DNA from: a virus
Reading direction: 5' to 3' (one strand)
Length of the DNA stretch: 64,000 nt
IMG/VR virus record: IMGVR_UViG_3300032132_000004
Span: 1-64,000 of that record
The position numbers were made by a program, and so were the translations under genes. Positions 16,184-25,119 of this stretch are shown here, in pieces; position 1 is the stretch's first letter, and the number at the start of each line of letters is the position of its first letter. The notes below the pieces were generated by a model. It did no database searches. It was given only the letters and a program-made list of their open reading frames with translations, and was not told where the DNA came from.

Positions 16184-18872
16184 GAATAGATTCTAATAGA
16201 TTCATCTGTCCTCTAAGGAATTGATGGAGTGTGCTCTCTTCTTGCTCCTTTTCAAAGGTCTTCGCATGTTCTACTTTCTTAGCAATTTTAGAAGCCTGAT
16301 CCTTTCTAATTTTCCCTGACATAGTTGCATTACCTTTAGATCTTTCTAGATTAACTTGGTATTCAATATCTTGCATCGTGCCAGTAGCATCCTTACATTT
16401 AAACTTAAACACATAGGTTAGTCCTCTAGGTTCAATTACTAATGGATTACCCTTACTCGTCCTGGCTTTTCCTATAGCCCTAAGAATATCATTCTGGTTA
16501 AGAACCATAGTATGACCTTCTACTGATTCTTGGGTTACTATCTGCCCAAGTTCAGACTGCTCCATGATAGTAGCCCCAGCCATCTTACAAAGAGCATCTC
16601 TAGCTCCTTTCTTTTTAACAGGATCATCGCTTTTTAAATCTGTTGAAAGTGTGTGTCGTATGTAATCTCGTTTTAAAGCTTCTTCAGCTTTCTTTCTAAG
16701 CTTTTTTGCTTTTGGAGTATCTCCTTCAAGAGATACTCTCTCTCTTATAGTTTTAGGGTTATCATCACTTACCTCAGAGGTAGGATCGTAGTTCTTGTTA
16801 GGGACTTCTTTTGTACATATCTTATAAAAAAGGGAACCTTTTTGTCCATACTCAAAGTTAGCAATAGCGAACTTGGCAACAGCGGTTGCGGCTAGGGATG
16901 GATCAGTGACCTGAAGAGTTCCATTCTCATCTACATACCTTGCTCTTTCTGATATAGAATCAAGAGTATTATAAGTAGTTTGAATATCTCTAAGGTAGTC
17001 AGAAACAGATGTATCATCTTCAGCAAAACCTAAAGAGGAAACGTTGAGCTTTTCGTAAAAATCTTTCTGATTAGGAGGTAGGCTTGCGCCTGTTAGTACA
17101 TCTCCCATAGCTATACTAATAGCTCTGTCAAGGGAAAGATCTCCAAACTTAATAGTATTACCTCTAGATAATTTATTCCCTGCATTTAATAGATGTATTT
17201 CTATTTCATTATTATCAATACTAATCCCTAGATTATTTAAAGATGCTTCTATATTAGGTTTGAGTGTTTTTGATGCATTATAATACCAGCCCGAAGGAGA
17301 TAGGGACGTAACATTATCTTTTGTCAAAAGAAGCTGTCCCGCATTCTTCTTAGCACGCCCCAAACCTTCTTCTCCTTCATAAACGAAAAAGTTATCTACT
17401 TTACCTGCAAGCGTTTGTGCTCTACCTCCCGCGACAATCTCATCAGCTTCCAGCGCATGTATTAATGACGCAGTTTGCACCATCATATTTTGGAATAGAG
17501 TTTTGACTTTTTGGATATCTGATAAAGCAGTAAGTTGCTTGTTTACTTCCGACACAGTAGGATATGCTTTAATATCAATAGCCATATCTGCCATAGGAGT
17601 GTTCCCAGCAAATGTTGTTAGTTCTTTTTTAGTTTCCTTTAGCTCATTACTGAATGAGTCTAATGCCTGTTCCAGAATTTCCTTTTTGTTTGTTCTTAGA
17701 GAAGATAGCACACGCACCATTACTCCCATAAACGATTCGTTGAAGCGTCCCTTTGTTTCGTTTTCTGCATTAGTTCCTGGGAACTTATGCTGCTCAAGAT
17801 CACAGTTAAAACTGTCCAGCATAGCTTTATGAAAGCTTCCCTTTTCTAAAACAACACCTTCAACACCAAACTCTTCATCGTTATTAAGATTTTCAGCACG
17901 ATCAGTAAAAAGAACTATCTTGTTACTACCAACTAATCCCACTCTTTTCTTTACTTCATCGCAATTAGCATTTCCTTTTGGATCTAAACTAGTAGTCATT
18001 AACTCCAAAAGTTCGAGATTAGTCTTGAAGACATCAAGGTACATCTCTTCCCCAATATCTTCTTTAATCATATTACCTGATGCATCAAAACCAGCAAAAC
18101 CTACCCCATGAAATAGTTTTGATTCTATACTCTTTTTATTAGAGCCTCCAATATACTGAAGCATATTGACATCGCCCTTGCAGATATAATCTGGTAGACC
18201 TCGCACTGAGCCTTCTTCATCCTCAGTATCATCGCCGCACAACTCTTTCAGCTTTCTCATAGCTTCTTGCTGTACCCCTATTATATCATTAGCCAATGAA
18301 GCTAACTCAGGTTTACTATTTATTAAAGACCCTAGGGTATTTAATCTTTTCTGAAGGAGTTCTTCCTCACGTTCCTGTCTGATATGTTCAGTAACGTCCG
18401 CATCTATATCTGCTTGCCCCTCCATAAAGTATTTAATTAATTGCTTCCATCCCTTAGAATCCGTAATCGGAGTTCCATCTGCCTTAGCTAGTGCCATAGG
18501 CCGTTGAGCACCAAAGACTAGACTTATACTTGCAGCTACTATAGGTTGTTGGGGATCTTCTTGGTCAGTCTTAGCCTGATCGGCGTCACCAGTCACAATC
18601 TTATTCCCCACCACTCTTCCCTTTTGGCTAGGGTGCCTTATAGGGGTTTCATAAGCATATGGCTCTCCACCCTTTACTGCAAACTCGACAACATCAGCAT
18701 AACTTTTGCCCTCACCATCAGCAATAACTTTTTTAGCCTGTTCCTCAGCGGCAGCCAGCTTCTCTGGGTCTTCCCCAGACTTCTCCTTATCTTCCTCACT
18801 AAGATAAGTAAGCTTAAACTTCCTTTTCTTAAGTCTATCGTAGCTCTCTAGTAGTTCTGAGAAGTAGTCCAT
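16152..18872 (-). CDS. Large hypothetical protein, possibly internal virion protein with a nuclease-like domain
   Basis: 906 aa ORF; N-terminal LLES/LSE sites; KGRFNE...KVD...GNK pattern. Function is inference only. Confidence 0.55.
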   Translation of the reverse strand: MDYFSELLESYDRLKKRKFKLTYLSEEDKEKSGEDPEKLAAAEEQAKKVIADGEGKSYADVVEFAVKGGEPYAYETPIRHPSQKGRVVGNKIVTGDADQAKTDQEDPQQPIVAASISLVFGAQRPMALAKADGTPITDSKGWKQLIKYFMEGQADIDADVTEHIRQEREEELLQKRLNTLGSLINSKPELASLANDIIGVQQEAMRKLKELCGDDTEDEEGSVRGLPDYICKGDVNMLQYIGGSNKKSIESKLFHGVGFAGFDASGNMIKEDIGEEMYLDVFKTNLELLELMTTSLDPKGNANCDEVKKRVGLVGSNKIVLFTDRAENLNNDEEFGVEGVVLEKGSFHKAMLDSFNCDLEQHKFPGTNAENETKGRFNESFMGVMVRVLSSLRTNKKEILEQALDSFSNELKETKKELTTFAGNTPMADMAIDIKAYPTVSEVNKQLTALSDIQKVKTLFQNMMVQTASLIHALEADEIVAGGRAQTLAGKVDNFFVYEGEEGLGRAKKNAGQLLLTKDNVTSLSPSGWYYNASKTLKPNIEASLNNLGISIDNNEIEIHLLNAGNKLSRGNTIKFGDLSLDRAISIAMGDVLTGASLPPNQKDFYEKLNVSSLGFAEDDTSVSDYLRDIQTTYNTLDSISERARYVDENGTLQVTDPSLAATAVAKFAIANFEYGQKGSLFYKICTKEVPNKNYDPTSEVSDDNPKTIRERVSLEGDTPKAKKLRKKAEEALKRDYIRHTLSTDLKSDDPVKKKGARDALCKMAGATIMEQSELGQIVTQESVEGHTMVLNQNDILRAIGKARTSKGNPLVIEPRGLTYVFKFKCKDATGTMQDIEYQVNLERSKGNATMSGKIRKDQASKIAKKVEHAKTFEKEQEESTLHQFLRGQMNLLESILNQSKHSLPL

Positions 18873-18877
18873 AGTAC

Positions 18878-18884
18878 ATTATAG
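18878..18884 (-). promoter_or_regulatory. CTATAAT promoter motif (leaderless-type) of the 906-aa gene
   Basis: TATAAT ends 5 nt before ATG 18872 and lies just downstream of a hairpin. Confidence 0.6.
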
Positions 18885-18896
18885 CTAAGTACAACA

Positions 18897-18928
18897 GGCT
18901 CAGTCTGATCTAAATAACAGACTGAGCC
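18897..18928 (-). terminator. Hairpin/terminator downstream of the tail tube gene
   Basis: 11-bp perfect inverted repeat GGCTCAGTCTG/CAGACTGAGCC with a 10-nt loop and a weak U-tract. Confidence 0.65.
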
Positions 18929-18952
18929 CAAGTAGATGCATCCTGATTCTAA

Positions 18953-19546
18953 TTAGGATGGGTTAGAGTAGTTGAACGAATTCATGAAATCGTACTTGAA
19001 GTTCACAGTAAGTTGGTGGAACTGGTTGGTAGAGTAATTGAATTCAGAAGCAGACCAAGATGTGGGGTACACTCCGTAAAGTTCTACAACAGAGTGTGGG
19101 ACTAGAGTGTTGTCTAGTTGAACAACCTCAACCTTGTCTGCTTTAAAAGATGTTCCTGCAAGACCTCCTGGCTGAGAGTTCTTAGTCATTTGTCCCGTGA
19201 TAGGATCGTAAACACTTCGGAAGTAACGGAAGAGATCAGATGCTGTTTCCCTAAGATAAAGGTTGTCGAAGTCTACGGACAGTTCACCTGGGGTAGTCTT
19301 ACCAGGGTAATGAACTTTGTCGTTAACTCTATCAATTACGATAGCTTCGTTCTTAATCTCAAGACCCGTAATCTTTTTAGCAGCTAGAGTTAGATCAGTT
19401 TCGTTAGTAACATCAGCAGGTAGCCCGTGAAAATGAATTTCGAATTGATAAGCTCTTACTGAATCTAGATCAGTAGAGATAGTAGGAAGGCCTTGACCAG
19501 GGGTGAACTGCCGTCCATATTTATCCTTGTAGTATGATTTTGCCAT
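18953..19546 (-). CDS. Tail tube protein (gp19-like)
   Basis: YPGK, GVYPTSW and VNFKYD motifs; directly downstream of the sheath gene. Confidence 0.88.
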   Translation of the reverse strand: MAKSYYKDKYGRQFTPGQGLPTISTDLDSVRAYQFEIHFHGLPADVTNETDLTLAAKKITGLEIKNEAIVIDRVNDKVHYPGKTTPGELSVDFDNLYLRETASDLFRYFRSVYDPITGQMTKNSQPGGLAGTSFKADKVEVVQLDNTLVPHSVVELYGVYPTSWSASEFNYSTNQFHQLTVNFKYDFMNSFNYSNPS

Positions 19547-19557
19547 TTATATTACCC

Positions 19558-21747
19558 TTATAGGTTTCCTAGTTGAGCACTCTGGTTTGTAAGATTGACC
19601 TCAAAGATGAGCATCTCAGCAGTTTTAGTAGGCTTGATTAGAACCTTAGTCCAAAGCTCGTTTCGATCCACTCTAACAGGAGTGTTAGTTGTTTCATCAC
19701 AAACTACACGGAACTCAGTGATACCCCTTCTTCTTCGAATGTTATCAAGGAAGGGATTAAGTACGCCTTCTATTTGTGCCCAAGTAAATTCATCGTTAGC
19801 TTCGAACACAAATCTTTGAGTTGCAGCTAGGATAATTTTTCTTATGTAGATCATTAGTCTACGGATATTGATTCTATCCAGGGCTGAAGCAGAACGTTGA
19901 GTAGTTCTTTGTCCGAAGATAGTAATACCTTGTTGAGGGAAGGCTACGATTGGGTTAACCACATTGCCTCCGCTGTAAAGGCTATCACGATCACCTTGGT
20001 TAAGTTTGACTTCTACCTCGGTAGGCTTAGTGAGTCTACCTCTTCGGAATCCAGCAGGAGCAGCCCAGCTATCAGCTACGGCATCAGTTAGTGCCATCTG
20101 ACGAGCAGCAAAGATGGAAGGATCATACCAGCGGTCCTTACCATCGAAGGTGCTGAATACTTTTACCCAAGGCCAGTGAATAGCTGCATATGAACTATTA
20201 ATAGAAGCGGTTCTAGAACCACCCGTAGTCGAGGATCTACCGTTACTCCAATCAATAGCATCTTGAACAGTTCCTACTGCGACAGGAGGAGACACAAGAG
20301 CTAAGAAGTTTTGTGTAGTTTCCGCCAAAGTAATGAGATTATTCTGTACATTTTGAGTCTGGATGCCTGGGACTAGTGCGATACCGATGTTGAGGATATC
20401 GTCATCTAAAGCTTGCATACCTGTTTTAGGCTCAACAGCATTAGAACCGATGAGAGCAGTATCCTGAGCAGTGCCGCCAGGATCTCCATTAGTCCCTCCT
20501 GCTAAGCTAGTAGCTGCGGCAGGAAGTAGTTTAAGGAAGATAGGTCCGTTAAGAACGGATCTAGATACAGGAGTTACGGACAGGGTATTATCTACAGAAG
20601 GAATATTCCACTGAGAAGTAGTCAAAAATCCAGTATCTCCTAGTAGAGTTCCTAAGTGTCCTGTGAAACTTGCAAGCTCAGCAGCAGTAGCATCAGCACC
20701 ATCTTTAACCAAGTTACCTTTGATAATGTCAGAAGTAGTATTAGTTTCCCCTGTATTAATTACAGTTTCAAGGAAATTACCTGATCCAACAAAGCTTGTT
20801 TTAAATGTTTCCGCTGCTGTGCCGTTTTGATTAACAACCACATTACAATTTTTAGAACCTAAGGAATTTAATGTAATACTGTTTCCACTTGTGCTTCCAT
20901 CTGATTTAGTACCACCATTATATCCTGCTCCAGGGTGGAGAGATTCAATCACATAAGCAGCAGAGTCTGTGCCTGTAGAAAGAATAGTACTTCCGTATAC
21001 TCGCACGGCAGAAGCAATAGCACCAGAAGCTCCAAAAGAACTATTAGATCCTGAACCTGCGTAGACTGCGTGAAGAGCAGACACGCCATTGACTGCTGAG
21101 AAAGTAGTTGAACTACAAGCTGACATGCTCATAGATGCCCCTGAGCCAGCAAAAGACCCGACTACTGCTCCAGATAGACCTAAAGCAGTAGCGCCTGTTC
21201 CTGCTTCTCCGTCATAAAAAACTCCAACCTTATCAGAATCAAGACCTCCACCAATAATCTTACGTAATGCTTCTGCTTGGCTAACCGCTGTACCCGCAGG
21301 GATAGAAAAGTCTTTACCTTGGCTAGAGTTATCTGTAAATTGTGCTATACCATCATTATTGTATACCTGAATACGCAAGGTAAGAGGAGTAGCTACTCCA
21401 TGTCCTTCGCTCACTGAAGCAGCACCAGAAACAATAACTGCTGGGCAGGATCCAATACTCATAGTAGCAGAAGCATCAAGAGCACCATCAGCGGCTCTTA
21501 CATAATAAACAGAGTTAGTCTGCTCTAGAATTTCTAGAGCACCCTCAATACCTTGGCCTGTAAGGTTTTCGCTAGGTTCCCCGAAAGTAGAAACGAGGTT
21601 GTTTTGGCTAGTAATTAAAGTAGCTTTGTTTGTAGGACCTTTGGATGCAAAGCCTACTATACCAACAATAGACGTATTAATAGAGGGTGCATACTCTGAG
21701 ATATCTTTTTCAATAACGTAAACACCGGGACTAACAAAATTAACCAT
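19558..21747 (-). CDS. Tail sheath protein (gp18-like)
   Basis: FVSPGVYVIEKDIS, WAAPAGFRRG, FGQRT, ALDRINIRRL, CDETTNT, IKPTKTAE. Confidence 0.97.
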   Translation of the reverse strand: MVNFVSPGVYVIEKDISEYAPSINTSIVGIVGFASKGPTNKATLITSQNNLVSTFGEPSENLTGQGIEGALEILEQTNSVYYVRAADGALDASATMSIGSCPAVIVSGAASVSEGHGVATPLTLRIQVYNNDGIAQFTDNSSQGKDFSIPAGTAVSQAEALRKIIGGGLDSDKVGVFYDGEAGTGATALGLSGAVVGSFAGSGASMSMSACSSTTFSAVNGVSALHAVYAGSGSNSSFGASGAIASAVRVYGSTILSTGTDSAAYVIESLHPGAGYNGGTKSDGSTSGNSITLNSLGSKNCNVVVNQNGTAAETFKTSFVGSGNFLETVINTGETNTTSDIIKGNLVKDGADATAAELASFTGHLGTLLGDTGFLTTSQWNIPSVDNTLSVTPVSRSVLNGPIFLKLLPAAATSLAGGTNGDPGGTAQDTALIGSNAVEPKTGMQALDDDILNIGIALVPGIQTQNVQNNLITLAETTQNFLALVSPPVAVGTVQDAIDWSNGRSSTTGGSRTASINSSYAAIHWPWVKVFSTFDGKDRWYDPSIFAARQMALTDAVADSWAAPAGFRRGRLTKPTEVEVKLNQGDRDSLYSGGNVVNPIVAFPQQGITIFGQRTTQRSASALDRINIRRLMIYIRKIILAATQRFVFEANDEFTWAQIEGVLNPFLDNIRRRRGITEFRVVCDETTNTPVRVDRNELWTKVLIKPTKTAEMLIFEVNLTNQSAQLGNL

Positions 21748-21757
21748 AATTTAACTC

Positions 21758-21934
21758 CTATGCGTTGGAAATCTTAAACTGCCTTCTGCGGTGAAGGGTC
21801 TTAATCTGCTCTGTGATGTAAGGTTCAGGAACTACAATACTTTCTCCTGGCTTCATATTACGTTCTTTGCATCCTTTTTCTGTGTTAAAGTATACGGTAA
21901 TAGATTGGAGACTATCGTTTTTTACAACTTTCAT
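21758..21934 (-). CDS. Small hypothetical protein heading the sheath operon
   Basis: Start moved to ATG 21934 (MKVVKNDS); preceded by TACATA and AGGA. Confidence 0.6.
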   Translation of the reverse strand: MKVVKNDSLQSITVYFNTEKGCKERNMKPGESIVVPEPYITEQIKTLHRRRQFKISNA

Positions 21935-21990
21935 AAGTAATTCTTTCCTATAATATGTACTACAGAGAATAGTGTTTTTTGAAAACTTTT

Positions 21991-22806
21991 TTATCCACAC
22001 CCATTATTGATTGTAACCCTAATGGTATGGGTGCTGTTGTTCTCATCAGGCTCTGTAGTGGTGTTGTGGATATCAGCATAGATTCCAAACACATACTCTT
22101 CTTGGTCTACTTGGTATAAATCATTATACTCAAAGACTCCTGATATCTCTTGACCTGGGGCTAGACCAGCCACATCATGCTGTGCTACTAGCTCAGAAGG
22201 GGGGTTAAAAGGTATGGAAGCTACGGTTAGGACAGCAGTAGCAGGAGCATCCTCTGGGTTTAGGAATCTCCAAAAGCCTACTACAAAAGGCTGTGCTGCA
22301 TCGTTCCCTGTGTTCCTAACAGTGTAGGAATACTGTACAGTGTCAGGCCTTTCCAAGCTAATATTAGCTAGCTGAATAGGGTTTGTTCCTTCCCAGCAAT
22401 GAAAACGTGCTGCGGGCATATTGATAGGAGGGTAATGACCTTGCCCAGAGGCGGCTAAGAGCAGCTTGTCAGCAGCAAAGGTGGTCACCTGTAGGTCTGC
22501 CTTAGGAGCCTCTCCAGTGGTGTTAGAATCGCCTGCAAAGCCTGTACCCGCTGTGACCCTCGTTTGGCCTGCGATGGTCCTAGGGGCCGCGTGAGGGCTC
22601 TTACCGTGCGAGGTAATGGCATCCCCCTGTAGGGACACTTTCATACCCTCTACAAAGACGTTCTGAGAGCCAGGACCAATAATCAAACCCCCTGCTGTGT
22701 CATTCTCGACACGGCTAACCCCTTTTCCTTCTATAGTAACTCTACTACTTCCAGTTTGAGGATGCCCACACGAAGCAGGGGTTCCTTGTACACTAATATC
22801 AGGCAT
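21991..22806 (-). CDS. PAAR spike-tip protein with a C-terminal CARDB/Ig-like domain
   Basis: Tandem PAAR-type repeats (CGH..TGSSRVTIEG, GSQNVFVEG, GDAITSH...H); YTVRNTG...EPDENN CARDB-like pattern. Confidence 0.82.
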   Translation of the reverse strand: MPDISVQGTPASCGHPQTGSSRVTIEGKGVSRVENDTAGGLIIGPGSQNVFVEGMKVSLQGDAITSHGKSPHAAPRTIAGQTRVTAGTGFAGDSNTTGEAPKADLQVTTFAADKLLLAASGQGHYPPINMPAARFHCWEGTNPIQLANISLERPDTVQYSYTVRNTGNDAAQPFVVGFWRFLNPEDAPATAVLTVASIPFNPPSELVAQHDVAGLAPGQEISGVFEYNDLYQVDQEEYVFGIYADIHNTTTEPDENNSTHTIRVTINNGCG

Positions 22807-22812
22807 TATTGA

Positions 22813-25116
22813 TTAAATACTAACCATTGCTTGTTCTGATTGAACCCCTTCGGCTGTAGAAGAGTTAGCAGATATTGCATAGTAGTATGTACCTCCCCCA
22901 GGAGGTGTATCGTTGTTTATGAAAGTATCTGTTGTTGTTCCTACGAAGACCATTTCTTTAGCGAAACTTACAGGGTCATCATTACGACCATCCCCACCAC
23001 CAATAGCGGGTAGAAGGTGCCCAGGAGTAATCAAATCACTAACTGCTTGGGCACCAGTAGCGGATCTCCAATTGCTATTTACTACAGTGGGATTTGTAAT
23101 AGAACGATATAGGTTGTAAGAAGTGGCTGCTTCAGAAGTAGTAGCTGTGGATGCTACCACAGCATCCCATGTAAGATTAACTGTACCATTTCCATTATCG
23201 GTAGCTTGTACATTTTCCGGGGCTGGGATCCAACCATCCCAAGCCTGAGAATCAAACTCTCCTCGACCAGCAGTACTTGTACTATTTTCAAAACCATCTT
23301 GATTTCTGAAGTACTTAAAGAACCAAGATTTATGGTGATTTTTCATAAAGCGGCTAGCCCTTACGTTATAAGGATCCTCATTACGAGGGAACAAGGCCCA
23401 TAAAGCAGTAGCTCCTCTATTTTCAAGGTGAGGATAAAACGTGGAAAAGCCCGCCGATCCACCATCATCAGAGCATAAGCATCCAAAAGGAGACACATCA
23501 GTATTGGAACCAGTAAAAGGCCCATCACTTCCGACATGCCAAAGACCTCCTTCAATAGAAGGAGTAGTAGATAGGCCTAAAAGAGCCCTAGCCCAAATGG
23601 AATAACCCCAAGTAGCTAATCTGTGACTACCCTTCCCAAAATAAGTATTGCCAGGACCTCCCCACGATGGGTTCCCTCCTGGCTGTATAGGAGTCCCACA
23701 AGTCTTACCAAATCCAGGGTTATCATTGTCCTCTTGTTCTCCGTTATGGAGGTATAGACTGTATCCAAGATCCCTTAAGTATTTATGATAAAAAGGAGCA
23801 CCATTGATATGGGTACCTCCAACATAAGTACATGTAGTCCCTGGTCCGTTAGCGTATTGGAAAGCAGCAGTGTGTGGGCTAGCTTGGTCTACTGCCTGTG
23901 CCATAGATGCTAACATATGATGAAGTGGTTCCCAGCTAGGATCCTTACCCAAAGCAGCGGCAGATATTATCAAAGACATGCGGGCACCGTACTCATAAGG
24001 AGCGTACCTACCATAACCGTGTGCAAGCCAATCCCTTTGGCCCATATTCTCATGACCATGCATTCCCCAGTGCTGAGGAACATTAAAAGCAAACTCAAGT
24101 ATGCGTTGAGTTATTTCCTCATCGTCATCACTCCAAGCATTATTGGGATCAATTAGCCCAAAACCATTAGCAAGTTTTGCGTGAGCACGATAAAGAACAA
24201 TCTTTTCCAACTGTAAAGCTTGATTAGAAGCAGATCCACCTGAGGTCCATTGGAAATCAGTTGGTAGATTAGTAGCAGCGGCAACAGATGTGATACCATC
24301 ATAAGTAGTTCCTCCCCATCCTGTTACCTTATCTATGGCTATGTTTTTAAAGTGTTCCCACAAGGCTACATTGTAAGAAGGAGAATCAGTACTAGCCCAC
24401 ATCCCTGATCTGTATTCAGGTTGCGAAGAACATTTAATAATCGTACCGTCTGAGCCTACAGCTTTAGCTAAATTCAAAAATCCTTCGGGTAGAGTGTCTG
24501 CATCAGCACCTATAGAGGTAATAGCTCCACTCTTAGGAGTTCCATTGCTCCAATGAACACCATAGGGATTTCCAAGCGTAATTGGATTATTTGGATATGT
24601 AACCTGATCCATACTTACAAAACCGTACCAAGGATTTCCATACGCTACCTGAAGAGAATCACCTTCTTGAAGAGTTACTGTTGCGGTAGCTAGTTGGTTA
24701 GGAAGCATACTCCCACCTTGTTGCACAGAACCATAGGTAGGCGCATCTGTATAAAGCCATGAGAAGGTGGGATCAAAAGTTGGGTACGTAGCAGTTACAT
24801 AATCCATCGTCTGTGAGTGGACTCTATAATAAACCGTAGCAAACTGTCTCGTAACTCCTGTGTGGCGACCATCGAAACCACTATGAATCCCAGGAGGGTT
24901 GACAGCTATAACATAATCTCCAGGCGTAACCCAACCGCCAGGGTATTCTTGATACCCTCCAACAGCCCACACACTCTGAATGGCTGGATTTACTGCTGTT
25001 ACTTTAACACCCATTAGATCCAAAGATCCATTAGGTTTTGGGAAAGCAGCAACAGTTAATGGTGGTGCTTCTTCTGGGGTTGCATAAGCTTCTAAACTGT
25101 AGGGTGATTCTTGCAT
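22813..25116 (-). CDS. Virion-associated protein: Trp-rich central domain and C-terminal FN3 domain
   Basis: PAPENVQA...LTWD...YNLYRS...YYYAISA...EG..S FN3 pattern; in frame with the upstream ORF. Confidence 0.7.
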   Translation of the reverse strand: MQESPYSLEAYATPEEAPPLTVAAFPKPNGSLDLMGVKVTAVNPAIQSVWAVGGYQEYPGGWVTPGDYVIAVNPPGIHSGFDGRHTGVTRQFATVYYRVHSQTMDYVTATYPTFDPTFSWLYTDAPTYGSVQQGGSMLPNQLATATVTLQEGDSLQVAYGNPWYGFVSMDQVTYPNNPITLGNPYGVHWSNGTPKSGAITSIGADADTLPEGFLNLAKAVGSDGTIIKCSSQPEYRSGMWASTDSPSYNVALWEHFKNIAIDKVTGWGGTTYDGITSVAAATNLPTDFQWTSGGSASNQALQLEKIVLYRAHAKLANGFGLIDPNNAWSDDDEEITQRILEFAFNVPQHWGMHGHENMGQRDWLAHGYGRYAPYEYGARMSLIISAAALGKDPSWEPLHHMLASMAQAVDQASPHTAAFQYANGPGTTCTYVGGTHINGAPFYHKYLRDLGYSLYLHNGEQEDNDNPGFGKTCGTPIQPGGNPSWGGPGNTYFGKGSHRLATWGYSIWARALLGLSTTPSIEGGLWHVGSDGPFTGSNTDVSPFGCLCSDDGGSAGFSTFYPHLENRGATALWALFPRNEDPYNVRASRFMKNHHKSWFFKYFRNQDGFENSTSTAGRGEFDSQAWDGWIPAPENVQATDNGNGTVNLTWDAVVASTATTSEAATSYNLYRSITNPTVVNSNWRSATGAQAVSDLITPGHLLPAIGGGDGRNDDPVSFAKEMVFVGTTTDTFINNDTPPGGGTYYYAISANSSTAEGVQSEQAMVSI

Positions 25117-25119
25117 AAT

